IMG/VR virus record: IMGVR_UViG_3300017716_001925
Location: 1 to 36,102 of that record
Direction: 5' to 3' (one strand)
DNA: 36,102 nucleotides
Source of the DNA: a virus
Lineage: Duplodnaviria > Caudoviricetes
Shown here: piece after piece, positions 7,549-15,386 of the stretch
Layout: each line of letters begins with the position of its first letter
Numbering within the stretch: position 1 is the stretch's first letter
The notes under the pieces: model-generated
What the model was told of the DNA's origin: nothing
Seen by the model: the letters and a program-made list of their open reading frames with translations, nothing else
Database searches by the model: none
Translations under genes and position numbers: made by a program

Positions 7549-7604
7549 TGCGCCTCAAGCCGTCTTGCGCGATTAGCCTTGGCGCGGTATATCCGCATGG
7601 TCAC
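7545..7604 (-). CDS. Putative 19-aa leader peptide coupled to the initiator
   Basis: AGGAG RBS 6 nt before GTG; MTMRIYRAKANRARRLEAQ; stop overlaps the initiator ATG (ATGA). Confidence 0.5.
   Translation of the reverse strand: MTMRIYRAKANRARRLEAQ
7565..7593 (+). promoter_or_regulatory. Putative antisense promoter
   Basis: TTGCGC-N17-TATATC on the plus strand, opposite all surrounding genes. Confidence 0.5.
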
Positions 7605-7680
7605 GTCTGGCTCCTGTTAAGCCGGTGTCAAAGGGCGGGCTTGAGCTTCCGGGAAGTCGCTCGGTCCGCCCGCCCCTTCT
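7600..7680 (+). ncRNA. Putative counter-transcribed RNA (about 80 nt)
   Basis: Promoter at 7565-7593; ends in the stem gggcgggc/gcccgccc (7633-7640/7668-7675) with a short pyrimidine tail. Confidence 0.35.
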
Positions 7681-7713
7681 ATGTCAAAACTGTTTCAGGT
7701 GCAACCGCACCCC

Positions 7714-8025
7714 TCAAAATGGAATATCTGATCCGTCCCCGAACGCGTCGTCAGCTAGACGACCCGCGCGCCCGGAAAAGCTGCCAGCACTTCCGCCACG
7801 AAAGCTATCGACGGCCTCACGGTCATCCCTAGAGCGCGACGGCTTGGCAGAGCCCGCCAACATCGTCCCACGGTCTCCCTTAGCCCAAAAAGCCACTTCC
7901 AGCTTGTCGCCGGGCTTGGCGTCGTTAGGGACAATCATCGTCCCTTTCCAGTCTGGACCTTTTTCGTTCTTTTTGTCCGTTTCTTTGAAAATGGCAATGT
8001 CGCCAGAGCGTTGCTCGTAGGCCAT
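7714..8025 (-). CDS. SSB-like protein (DUF736-like)
   Basis: KKNEKGPDWKGTM core, Gly-rich tail, acidic C-terminus ending DIPF. Confidence 0.72.
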   Translation of the reverse strand: MAYEQRSGDIAIFKETDKKNEKGPDWKGTMIVPNDAKPGDKLEVAFWAKGDRGTMLAGSAKPSRSRDDREAVDSFRGGSAGSFSGRAGRLADDAFGDGSDIPF

Positions 8026-8028
8026 TGG

Positions 8029-8175
8029 TTAGTTCTCCTTCGGTTGGTTGGGAAAGTCTTTGATGTGGGCCAGCAAGTGAAGCTGAAAGGCTTTATCCTG
8101 CGCGCGCCGGGCTAGTTCGCCATCATGCCCAGCCAGCGATTCACGGGGCAATTGACTCTGATGGAACGCACTCAC
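8029..8175 (-). CDS. Hypothetical protein, 48 aa
   Basis: Hand-translated from a GTGA overlap; fills the gap exactly. Confidence 0.5.
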   Translation of the reverse strand: MSAFHQSQLPRESLAGHDGELARRAQDKAFQLHLLAHIKDFPNQPKEN

Positions 8176-8528
8176 AGGCGGACCATTGTGCGGAAGTCAG
8201 CCGGGCTTGCCGGGACAAAACCAATGCGGCTGTTGCGCTGCGTCGTTGCCCGGTGCCACGGATCGTCACGCCGAATGGACTGGTAACTAATGCCAAGGCG
8301 CTCACAATGCTTTTTGACACCCCAGATGATAGTTGTGTGATCCATGCCCCCAAACGCTCTTGCAATCCTCAAATAGCTCAAATGAGGGCATTGCAAATAG
8401 ACTTCAAACATCGCCTCTTGCCGAGGGTGCGCCACTAAATAAGTACGGCTTTTGGTTAGAATGTCGGCAGGACTTTTGCCGTATTTAGCAGCAACCTCCG
8501 CAATAACGTCCTTGGCTGTTTTTCTCAT
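8172..8528 (-). CDS. DnaA C-terminal (domain IV)-like HTH protein
   Basis: ILTKSR...VAHPRQEAM...SYLRIARAFGGMDHTTIIWGVKK. Confidence 0.85.
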   Translation of the reverse strand: MRKTAKDVIAEVAAKYGKSPADILTKSRTYLVAHPRQEAMFEVYLQCPHLSYLRIARAFGGMDHTTIIWGVKKHCERLGISYQSIRRDDPWHRATTQRNSRIGFVPASPADFRTMVRL

Positions 8529-8890
8529 GGCTTCCTCTGAAATGGGCGGCTAGCAATCTTTTGCTTTGCGCCAGGTTGAAACGGGCGGCTCCGCAGAGTC
8601 GAGGGCTTGCGGGTCTCAGCGTCATTTTTGCGGATCAGGCGCTTGGCCTTCGCAATCATTTTAACGTCGAGAATAGTTTTTTGCCGGTGGTGCATACGGC
8701 ACAAGGGCCAGAGATTTTCGTCTGAATCCCGACCGCCTAGGGCCAGCGGGATTTGGTGATCTATCTCTAGTTCCGTGCATACGAAGCAATCAGGATAGGC
8801 GCACATTCCGCCGTAATATTCCAGAATGCGACGGCGTCGAGCTGGGCTCATACCCTTGCGAGGGTCAAGCTGGACGGGCTCGCGTTTCAA
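8525..8890 (-). CDS. HNH endonuclease
   Basis: CAYPDC...EIDHQIPLALGGRDSDENLWPLCRMHHRQKT. Confidence 0.9.
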   Translation of the reverse strand: MKREPVQLDPRKGMSPARRRRILEYYGGMCAYPDCFVCTELEIDHQIPLALGGRDSDENLWPLCRMHHRQKTILDVKMIAKAKRLIRKNDAETRKPSTLRSRPFQPGAKQKIASRPFQRKP

Positions 8891-9234
8891 AGGATCGTCA
8901 CCACAACCAGACCGCCCTTAACCGGCTCGCCAAACGTCAGGACAGGCGCAGCAAAAATCTCATCATCCACGCACAGCGCCAAAGCGATGCCGTCTTGATA
9001 CGCCTTGAGGCTGGCCCTTGCGTTGTCGTCGTCAATCGGATGGCGGGTTTTAGGGTGCACCGTGACGTTCCATTCGACCTTGGAAAATGTCGGGAACGTG
9101 TTTCCGATTGCTGCTTTCGTGGCGATGTATGCCCACCCCTTATGCGCCTTGAACGCACGGCCTTTTTCACCCCAATGGCCGCGACCGTTAGGCCAAAGAA
9201 CCTTGGCGGGGAATGGCAGTTTAAGCGGGGTCAT
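8887..9234 (-). CDS. RusA-like Holliday junction resolvase
   Basis: LPFP...PN start; DDDN...LKAYQDGIA...VDD acidic motif. Confidence 0.75.
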   Translation of the reverse strand: MTPLKLPFPAKVLWPNGRGHWGEKGRAFKAHKGWAYIATKAAIGNTFPTFSKVEWNVTVHPKTRHPIDDDNARASLKAYQDGIALALCVDDEIFAAPVLTFGEPVKGGLVVVTIL

Positions 9235-9457
9235 TAACAGCCGCCTTAGTCGCCAGAGACGCGAGATAAAACATACCTGGGTCGCCCCCGATCCACTCGC
9301 TTGCCGGGATGCCGGTTACGTTCTGAATCTCCACGGCTTTGCCAAGAGACGGTTTCTTTTTGCCCGACGCCATTTCGGAAGCTGCGCTTATCGAGACGCC
9401 GCAGTCTTGCGTTAGAACGTCTCGCAACGCTTTGCGGGCTACAGAACGAAAATCCAT
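9221..9457 (-). CDS. Cro-like HTH regulator
   Basis: CGVSISAASEMASGKKKPSLGKAVEIQNVTGIPASEW; first gene of the left arm; RBS AAGGA. Confidence 0.78.
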   Translation of the reverse strand: MDFRSVARKALRDVLTQDCGVSISAASEMASGKKKPSLGKAVEIQNVTGIPASEWIGGDPGMFYLASLATKAAVNDPA

Positions 9458-9578
9458 TATATTTCTTTCCTTGTGATCGTTCCGCATACCATACCGGATA
9501 AAAAACCATAGGCCAGCGAAGAAAGTTATAGACACCGAAGGCAGGCCGTGGTTCTCTGGCGTCAACAAGGAGAGAGCG
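9458..9578. promoter_or_regulatory. Divergent early control region
   Basis: About 120-nt intergenic region where the coding strand switches. Confidence 0.6.
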
Positions 9579-9755
9579 ATGAAAGAGATTTACATAGAGG
9601 AATACGACCGCATTCGCGACGAAGCGATTGAATCCGGTCATGACGAAACTGAAGCCGAACGCATGGCGGAAGCTGGGGCCTATCGGGCGATGACTGATCG
9701 TTACGCAGACATGGCAGACCGCGCAAAAGACGCATGGAAGGAACGCGACATATGA
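9579..9755 (+). CDS. Acidic hypothetical protein, 58 aa
   Basis: Hand-translated MKEIYIEEYDRIRDEAIESG...; AAGGAG RBS; ATGA overlap downstream. Confidence 0.75.
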   Translation: MKEIYIEEYDRIRDEAIESGHDETEAERMAEAGAYRAMTDRYADMADRAKDAWKERDI

Positions 9756-10015
9756 CCATCTGGGCAGCAGTTAACGAGTTTATTGACGACTACCTTGACC
9801 GGCACGGCCACAACGGGGCCACGCGCGACGAAGCGCACGCACGGATTCGTGTGCTGGAAAACATCACGGCCAAAACCGCAGCGTTTTGTAAGTCGCTGGA
9901 CATGGTCGATGACCAGTCTTTCGACATTGCGATGATTGCCAGCGAAACGCACGGCAAAGACGACGCAGAACGGGCGTTGATTGTGGCGTTGCTAGACGAG
10001 GAAACGGGCCGATGA
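9752..10015 (+). CDS. Hypothetical protein (MTIWAAV...)
   Basis: ATGA overlaps at both ends. Confidence 0.7.
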   Translation: MTIWAAVNEFIDDYLDRHGHNGATRDEAHARIRVLENITAKTAAFCKSLDMVDDQSFDIAMIASETHGKDDAERALIVALLDEETGR

Positions 10016-10200
10016 GCAACGCATCAGCAAGTTACATTCCCGTCGTGCAATCTTGCGAACGGGCATTGTCTGACTTGGCCTTTGGCATCCGCAGCGTTGA
10101 GCGGGTGTCAGAGGCGACGCTTGACGAGGTTAGGCGGCTGGATTGCCTGCTGAACGCATTGTCAGACGCAATCACAAAACTGGAAAGGGGCGCGGCATGA
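10012..10200 (+). CDS. Hypothetical protein
   Basis: 62 aa, coupled to its neighbours. Confidence 0.7.
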   Translation: MSNASASYIPVVQSCERALSDLAFGIRSVERVSEATLDEVRRLDCLLNALSDAITKLERGAA

Positions 10201-10520
10201 TGTGGCCGACGTGGATGAATCTTGATTGGCTTTACCCGCAAGCCCCTAAAACCGAACCCGCTAAGGATTGGGCGTTTAATCATCCATTCTGGGAAGCCGA
10301 ACGGCTTGAGCGCATCCAGCGCGTTTCCAAAGGCCACCCCGAGGACATTGACGACGCCAGGCGCAGGCTTGCCATTGTGACCGCTCGCCGGGATGCCGTT
10401 AATGAGCGCCTAAATATGCTTCGCGCGCGCCATCAGAAGTTTAGCGACCTGTTGCCCGAATGGCGGGCACTAACCGCAGAGCGCGAGGCGTTGATGACGA
10501 AGTTGGGCTTGATAACGTGA
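10197..10520 (+). CDS. Hypothetical coiled-coil protein
   Basis: Start at an ATGA overlap (MMWPTW...). Confidence 0.7.
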   Translation: MMWPTWMNLDWLYPQAPKTEPAKDWAFNHPFWEAERLERIQRVSKGHPEDIDDARRRLAIVTARRDAVNERLNMLRARHQKFSDLLPEWRALTAEREALMTKLGLIT

Positions 10521-10750
10521 GGGCGTTTCTACCCCTCCCCCCGTCTGCGCCGTTTGCAGTTCAGGAAGGCGGCCTTGTGTATCTGCGCTTCGCAGCGGGG
10601 CCACACCTCCCGACGCCTGCTTATGAATTGACGGAGTGGAAGCAATACCTGGCGGGCCGTGCGTCCGATTCCGACGCCCTCGCAATGCTAAACTCGATAG
10701 AGCGAGCCGAACAAGAGGCCGCAGATTGGACGCACAATGAAAACCAGTGA
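10517..10750 (+). CDS. Hypothetical protein
   Basis: GTGA overlap start; fills the gap to erf. Confidence 0.6.
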   Translation: MRAFLPLPPSAPFAVQEGGLVYLRFAAGPHLPTPAYELTEWKQYLAGRASDSDALAMLNSIERAEQEAADWTHNENQ

Positions 10751-11429
10751 GACCCTGACCAAGATTGCCCCGGCGCTTGTTAAGGCGCTTTCGGAAATGA
10801 CCGGCGCGGCAAAGGATAGCAAGAACCCGCATTTTAAGAACAGCTACGCCAGCCTTGAGGCCGTCATTGACGCCGCCCGTCCGGTTCTGGCCTCTAACGG
10901 CCTCGCGTTCATGCAGGGGCTTGGCGAGTATGTGAACGGCGCAATGACGGTCTCGACGCGCGTTATTCATGAAAGCGGCGAATGGATCGAAAGCGATTTT
11001 CAAATGCCGGTTGGAAAGCCTGACCCGCAAGGAACCGCGTCCGCTTCGACCTATGCAAGGCGATACTCGCTAATGTCGATTCTAGGCTTGCCAGCGGTCG
11101 ATGACGACGGCGAGGCGGCAATGCCCCGGAATCAGCAGCAAGCGCCCTCAGCCCCCGCTAAACGCGATACAGGGCCTGGAGAGGTTGATGGCGTTGATTG
11201 GTGGGCCGCTGAGGGGGCGGGAATGTCCGCGTCTCAAGCCAAAAAAGACGGCATGGACCAATTGCACGAGCAATTGCGTTTGGAAATTGACCAGTTGTCG
11301 ACGGCGCAGGACTGGAAGCAATGGGCCGCCGAAAACACGGCATACATTAAGCGGATGCCGAAAACTTGGCGCATGATTTTGCGCAGCGAGGCCGAAGAGC
11401 GCGGCAAGTTTCTTGGCGCGATTCATTAA
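10737..11429 (+). CDS. erf: ERF-family single-strand annealing recombinase
   Basis: KDSKNPHFKNSYASL...HESGEWI...PQGTASASTYARRYSL...DDDG. Confidence 0.92.
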   Translation: MKTSETLTKIAPALVKALSEMTGAAKDSKNPHFKNSYASLEAVIDAARPVLASNGLAFMQGLGEYVNGAMTVSTRVIHESGEWIESDFQMPVGKPDPQGTASASTYARRYSLMSILGLPAVDDDGEAAMPRNQQQAPSAPAKRDTGPGEVDGVDWWAAEGAGMSASQAKKDGMDQLHEQLRLEIDQLSTAQDWKQWAAENTAYIKRMPKTWRMILRSEAEERGKFLGAIH

Positions 11430-11453
11430 CCCTTAAAAACAAAGAACAGCAAA

Positions 11454-11690
11454 ATGACCGACGCTATCAACACCGGACGCCTGACTTCCTTCATGGAGCG
11501 TCTTGAGCGTCTGGACGAAGATAAAACCGCCATCGCCGCCGATATGAAAGAGGTTTTTTCGGAGGCCAAGGGCGAGGGCTATGACACGAAGATTATGCGG
11601 AAGGTTCTCAAGCTCCGCAAGATTGACAAGGCAAAGCGCGCCGAAGAGCAATCGTTGACGGAACTGTATCTGGACGCGGTGGAAGGATGA
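11454..11690 (+). CDS. gapR: GapR-like nucleoid-associated protein (DUF2312)
   Basis: LTSFMERLERLDEDKTAIAADMKEVFSEAKGEGYDTKIMRKVLKLRK. Confidence 0.9.
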   Translation: MTDAINTGRLTSFMERLERLDEDKTAIAADMKEVFSEAKGEGYDTKIMRKVLKLRKIDKAKRAEEQSLTELYLDAVEG

Positions 11691-12067
11691 GCGCGACCCT
11701 GATCCTGGCTAACCCCGAGATCAGGGCCAAAGCCTGCCGCTGGATCATGGCCGCACCTGACAAGGCTAGACTACGCCTTGACGAGCCCAAGCGAACCCTT
11801 GACCAGAACGCCAAGTTTCACGCCATGTTGACAGAGCTTGTCGAGCAAAAGCCCGTGCTTAATGGCGTCAAGCTTGATGCGGACGGATGGAAACTTGTTC
11901 TAATGCAGGCGCTTGGGATGGAAATGCGGATGCTGCCGACGCTTGACGGCAACGGATGGTTTCCGATGGGCCACAAGTCGTCTAAACTATCCGTCCGCCA
12001 ATTTTCGGACCTCGTAGAACTGCTTTACGCATACGGGGCAAAGCAAGGAATTGTTTTTTCGGTATAA
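11687..12067 (+). CDS. ninB: NinB/Orf-family recombination protein
   Basis: KRTLDQNAKFHAML...WK...SSKLSVRQFSDLVELLYAYGA. Confidence 0.88.
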   Translation: MSATLILANPEIRAKACRWIMAAPDKARLRLDEPKRTLDQNAKFHAMLTELVEQKPVLNGVKLDADGWKLVLMQALGMEMRMLPTLDGNGWFPMGHKSSKLSVRQFSDLVELLYAYGAKQGIVFSV

Positions 12068-12080
12068 TTGGAGAAAGCGC

Positions 12081-12239
12081 ATGACACTAACCCCACTAGA
12101 CGCCCTTGCCGCTTTAGAGGCAGGCAAATTCCAACGCTACGCCGTGCCGGGTAAGTGGCGAGTGTTTTGGCATGATGGGCTGGCCGTTCTTGAAAGGCTT
12201 CAGCCTTCCGGCACGTCGTCATCTATCAAGCCTGGGTGA
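12081..12239 (+). CDS. Hypothetical protein (MTLTPLDAL...)
   Basis: GGAG RBS before ATG 12081; last gene of the right arm. Confidence 0.55.
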   Translation: MTLTPLDALAALEAGKFQRYAVPGKWRVFWHDGLAVLERLQPSGTSSSIKPG

Positions 12240-12412
12240 GGCCTAATATCGACGGGCTTACGGGCAGGCCACGGCCATTCAGCCGCCTTGCACCACGCCC
12301 GTCGTTTTGCCCTGTAAGCCTTCTGTAGGGCGCGCGACTGTTCAAGCCACGCGCCATGCTCCGCAGAGCCTATAGGATCGGTTAAGGGTTCAAGCCGAGG
12401 CAGAATAGCCAT
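12200..12412 (-). CDS. Possible hypothetical protein; start uncertain
   Basis: Fills the gap after the phosphoesterase; overlaps a convergent gene by 40 nt. Confidence 0.35.
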   Translation of the reverse strand: MAILPRLEPLTDPIGSAEHGAWLEQSRALQKAYRAKRRAWCKAAEWPWPARKPVDIRPHPGLIDDDVPEG

Positions 12413-13538
12413 GAGCCCACTTGCTCCGTCGCCATGCAAGATATTCAGCGGCGTCCTCCATATCAAAAAACGGCTTGATATAGCGAACGGGATCGCCTGC
12501 AAAGGCCGGATCAACCACGGCAGTCATTACCCGTGACCAGTTGCCGTCTTGGAAGCCCTTGTCCTTCGCGTATTTGTCAAAATCCTTAAAGGTTCCAACG
12601 CGGAAGCCGTGGCAGAGGCGAGCCGGGTCGTTATGCCAAACGGGAATGTAACCCGTTGTGTGTCGATGGCCGCAGGCAAGGATATGGTCGCGGTGTCCGA
12701 ATAGCGTTTCCCTGACCAGGGCGTGAGCGGGGTTAAACTGCGAGCCGCCGGGGAAGTCGTGGCGAACGTGCATCTTGACGGAAGCGCCGCTAGGCAGATT
12801 CAGTTGCAGTCTTGCCCCCGCCGATTCCAGCGCGCCAAAGGAACGCCCGAGCCGGTGGATATAATCGGCTACGTCGCCCTTCTCGCCGTTCCATTCGTCA
12901 TGATTGCCCTTGATCCGGAGTAGCCACGGCAGGGCCAGCATCAACCATTCAATCAGCTTGAGCGACTGTTTCGACGTAACTTCCTGATTTGCGTAAAGCT
13001 TCATCAGGCGGCCAACCCAATTATTGCTGTCATCGCCCACATCAACGGCAAGCATCCCTTCCGTCTCGCGACAGATGCGGACGGCACGCTCTAGGTCGCC
13101 CCAAGCGCAACCAGGGTCGTCAACGTGTGGATCACCAAAGAAGGCCAGCGCAATCGGGCCATCAATGTTGACCTGAACTTGACGCAGTTTAGAAGCGTCG
13201 TCATGGGCTTTGCGTTTGGCGTGTCGGTCGGCAAGAAGGCTAATCAGCTCCTCCGCTTCCGGCTCCCCGTCGTGCGGCAGGCTTTCAAACTCAAACGGAT
13301 CGGCGGCTTTCGTGGCGTAACGGGATGCGTCAGGCCTCAGGCCGTGCGCCGCTTCCATGCTATCTAACCGGCAGCTAAGCGTTGAGATTGAGATGCCCAG
13401 CCGCCTAGCCGCTTCCTGCTTTGCGCCCTTCACGCCGGTTCCGCCTTTGGTCCCCCAAGGGTAACCCTCTTCCATACATTCGTGGATCACGTCGAGCGTG
13501 GCTTGAGAGGCGTCTAGCGTTATCCGGGGAGCGGCCAT
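12390..13538 (-). CDS. Calcineurin-like metallophosphoesterase with an N-terminal HTH
   Basis: Motifs GDPH, VGD, GNHD, RH and GHRH; N-terminal EAARRLGISISTL. Confidence 0.88.
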   Translation of the reverse strand: MAAPRITLDASQATLDVIHECMEEGYPWGTKGGTGVKGAKQEAARRLGISISTLSCRLDSMEAAHGLRPDASRYATKAADPFEFESLPHDGEPEAEELISLLADRHAKRKAHDDASKLRQVQVNIDGPIALAFFGDPHVDDPGCAWGDLERAVRICRETEGMLAVDVGDDSNNWVGRLMKLYANQEVTSKQSLKLIEWLMLALPWLLRIKGNHDEWNGEKGDVADYIHRLGRSFGALESAGARLQLNLPSGASVKMHVRHDFPGGSQFNPAHALVRETLFGHRDHILACGHRHTTGYIPVWHNDPARLCHGFRVGTFKDFDKYAKDKGFQDGNWSRVMTAVVDPAFAGDPVRYIKPFFDMEDAAEYLAWRRSKWAHGYSASA

Positions 13539-13859
13539 TTACCAGACTTTCCAAAATGGTTTAGGAGCGGTTTGTTCTCTAAATCGGTCTTGTAGCTCAC
13601 GCTCGCTTAGAAGCGTCTGGACGGCTAAATCCCTAGCCGCGTCACACTGGACCAGCGCCGACCCGCGAAGGGCGTAAGTGACCTCTAAATCGGCCTCCGT
13701 GGGCACCTCAGGGAGCGTCACGAGTTTACAGGGCTCAGTTGCCAGGCTGGGCAGAGTCAGGCGGGGCAGATTGGCAGACGACGGGCCTTGACTGACACAA
13801 CCGGTTATCAAGCTGGCGAAGGCGGTCCACGCGACCAGCCTCAAGAGGTTTGTTCGCAT
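13539..13859 (-). CDS. Outer-membrane spanin (Rz1-like lipoprotein)
   Basis: Signal peptide with lipobox ITGC; overlaps the i-spanin in another frame. Confidence 0.75.
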   Translation of the reverse strand: MRTNLLRLVAWTAFASLITGCVSQGPSSANLPRLTLPSLATEPCKLVTLPEVPTEADLEVTYALRGSALVQCDAARDLAVQTLLSERELQDRFREQTAPKPFWKVW

Positions 13860-14145
13860 CGGTGGCGCTCCTTGCATTGGATACGGCTTCAGCGGTTATT
13901 GTGCGAAGGTCGATACTAAGACGCCCGGCGCTTTCAATCCGGGCGATTTGTTCGGTTTGGCCTTGGGTTTCCAGCGTCCGCGCTATGGCGTCGGATTGCG
14001 CGCTAGCCGCTTCCTGTTTCAGCCGATCAATCTTACGGGCTTTGAAACCAAAAGGATCGGAGAGGAACGATAGCACCGCTATCAATGCGATTACGCAAAC
14101 AACTACGCCAACGGCGTATAGGACGGTGCGTGGCGCTAGCGTCAT
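13735..14145 (-). CDS. Inner-membrane spanin (Rz-like)
   Basis: N-terminal TM, coiled coil, C-terminal Cys; follows the endolysin. Confidence 0.75.
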   Translation of the reverse strand: MTLAPRTVLYAVGVVVCVIALIAVLSFLSDPFGFKARKIDRLKQEAASAQSDAIARTLETQGQTEQIARIESAGRLSIDLRTITAEAVSNARSATDANKPLEAGRVDRLRQLDNRLCQSRPVVCQSAPPDSAQPGN

Positions 14146-14792
14146 GCTAGCAGTCTCTCGACAGCGCCACGAACATCAATCCGCAGGCCGTTAGCCCAAT
14201 CTGGCGTGTAGCGGGGCTTGCGAACGGGCCAAACCGTCGTTTTGCCATCCGACGACCAGCGGCCGTCGAAGAATAGATCACGCTCTTTGGTGCGCCTGCC
14301 GACAATCTCGCGCGGCTTATCCCATTGCATGAACGAGTTTTCAGCCTCTTGGCGCAGGCCCGCCTTAATCATCTTGACCCACGAGGCTTTAGCAATGGCC
14401 CCCGTGTTATAATGAAACGACAAAGCCGCCGCGAATTGGCTTTCCGTCAGCGGGTATTTGTCGAAAGCTTCTCTAACGGCTGGCGCGTATTTCGTCCGCA
14501 GCAGCCAGATATACACCTCTAGGCAACGCTCAATGCTTTGCGGCTTGTCAATGTATCGCTGCACCTTGTGGCCGGATGCGTCGGTGACACCAACGCCCCA
14601 AGTCCACACGCCAACGCTATCCTTATAGGCCTCACGCACAATCGCCTCGTGCGACAGAAGCTCAAGCACGACGCGGGGCGTTATGCCATCAGGCGGAGGC
14701 GCAGGGGGCGCAGGGGCAACAGCGGGAACAGGTTCAGGCTTCTGGGACCGGAACCAGCCAGTGCGCGCCAGTATGCTAGATAGTGCATTCAC
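14142..14792 (-). CDS. Endolysin, GH24 phage lysozyme
   Basis: HEAIVREAYKDSVGVWTWGVG (E-x8-D-x5-T triad); QFAAALSFHYNTG; RRTKERDLF. Confidence 0.92.
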   Translation of the reverse strand: MNALSSILARTGWFRSQKPEPVPAVAPAPPAPPPDGITPRVVLELLSHEAIVREAYKDSVGVWTWGVGVTDASGHKVQRYIDKPQSIERCLEVYIWLLRTKYAPAVREAFDKYPLTESQFAAALSFHYNTGAIAKASWVKMIKAGLRQEAENSFMQWDKPREIVGRRTKERDLFFDGRWSSDGKTTVWPVRKPRYTPDWANGLRIDVRGAVERLLA

Positions 14793-15067
14793 AACCCACC
14801 CCGCGCCTTCTCTATCTCGACAGAGGCCGACCCGGCCTTAGCCATTTCCCAAGCCTTGCCCCAATACAGAGCGCCTAGACCCGCATACACGGCAGCAATA
14901 AACAGAGCGGCTGACTCAAACCCGTCAACCTTGTAAGCAATCACAACCGTAGCCCATGACGCTGACAGTGATGTGACAATGATTGACACCGGCCTGGCAA
15001 GGTCGCCAATCAGGCTTTTAATGGCCTCAAGCTTAGACTTCGGTGCGTTATCTGGCGTGTCGATCAT
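14789..15067 (-). CDS. Putative holin (2 TM)
   Basis: Two hydrophobic segments; directly before the endolysin. Confidence 0.7.
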   Translation of the reverse strand: MIDTPDNAPKSKLEAIKSLIGDLARPVSIIVTSLSASWATVVIAYKVDGFESAALFIAAVYAGLGALYWGKAWEMAKAGSASVEIEKARGGL

Positions 15068-15384
15068 CGTGACACCCTTACCTTGGGTCGCGCGGGATGT
15101 TCAATCCCTCGCTCGCGTAGGGTCTTTTCCAGCACTTCAGCGTGGTTTAGCAGGGCGTCAAGTTGCCCTTTAAGGCCGGTAATCTGATCTTCCAGAGCGT
15201 CGATACGCTGGGTCATTTCGGCCCGCTCTTGCTTCATCGAAACAATTGTAGCGGCAGCAATAGACTGGCCGAGGGTAATCAGGTCCACTTGATGCTTGCC
15301 CCGGTTAGTCATCCATACCCAGATATGGCCGCCACCCAAGATTGCAACGAACAAACCAGCAATGATTTCAAGAGACATAATCAC
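15064..15384 (-). CDS. TM plus coiled-coil lysis-cassette protein
   Basis: N-terminal TM, heptad region, position in the lysis cassette. Confidence 0.65.
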   Translation of the reverse strand: MIMSLEIIAGLFVAILGGGHIWVWMTNRGKHQVDLITLGQSIAAATIVSMKQERAEMTQRIDALEDQITGLKGQLDALLNHAEVLEKTLRERGIEHPARPKVRVSR

Positions 15385-15386
15385 CC

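Noticed and set aside
7600-7700. tRNA or known riboswitch
   Set aside because: No cloverleaf or T-loop consensus; only one compound hairpin.
8525-8890. HNH as a mobile intron or homing element
   Set aside because: Free-standing, coupled to neighbours by ATGA overlaps, and interrupts no gene; ordinary nin-region-type HNH.
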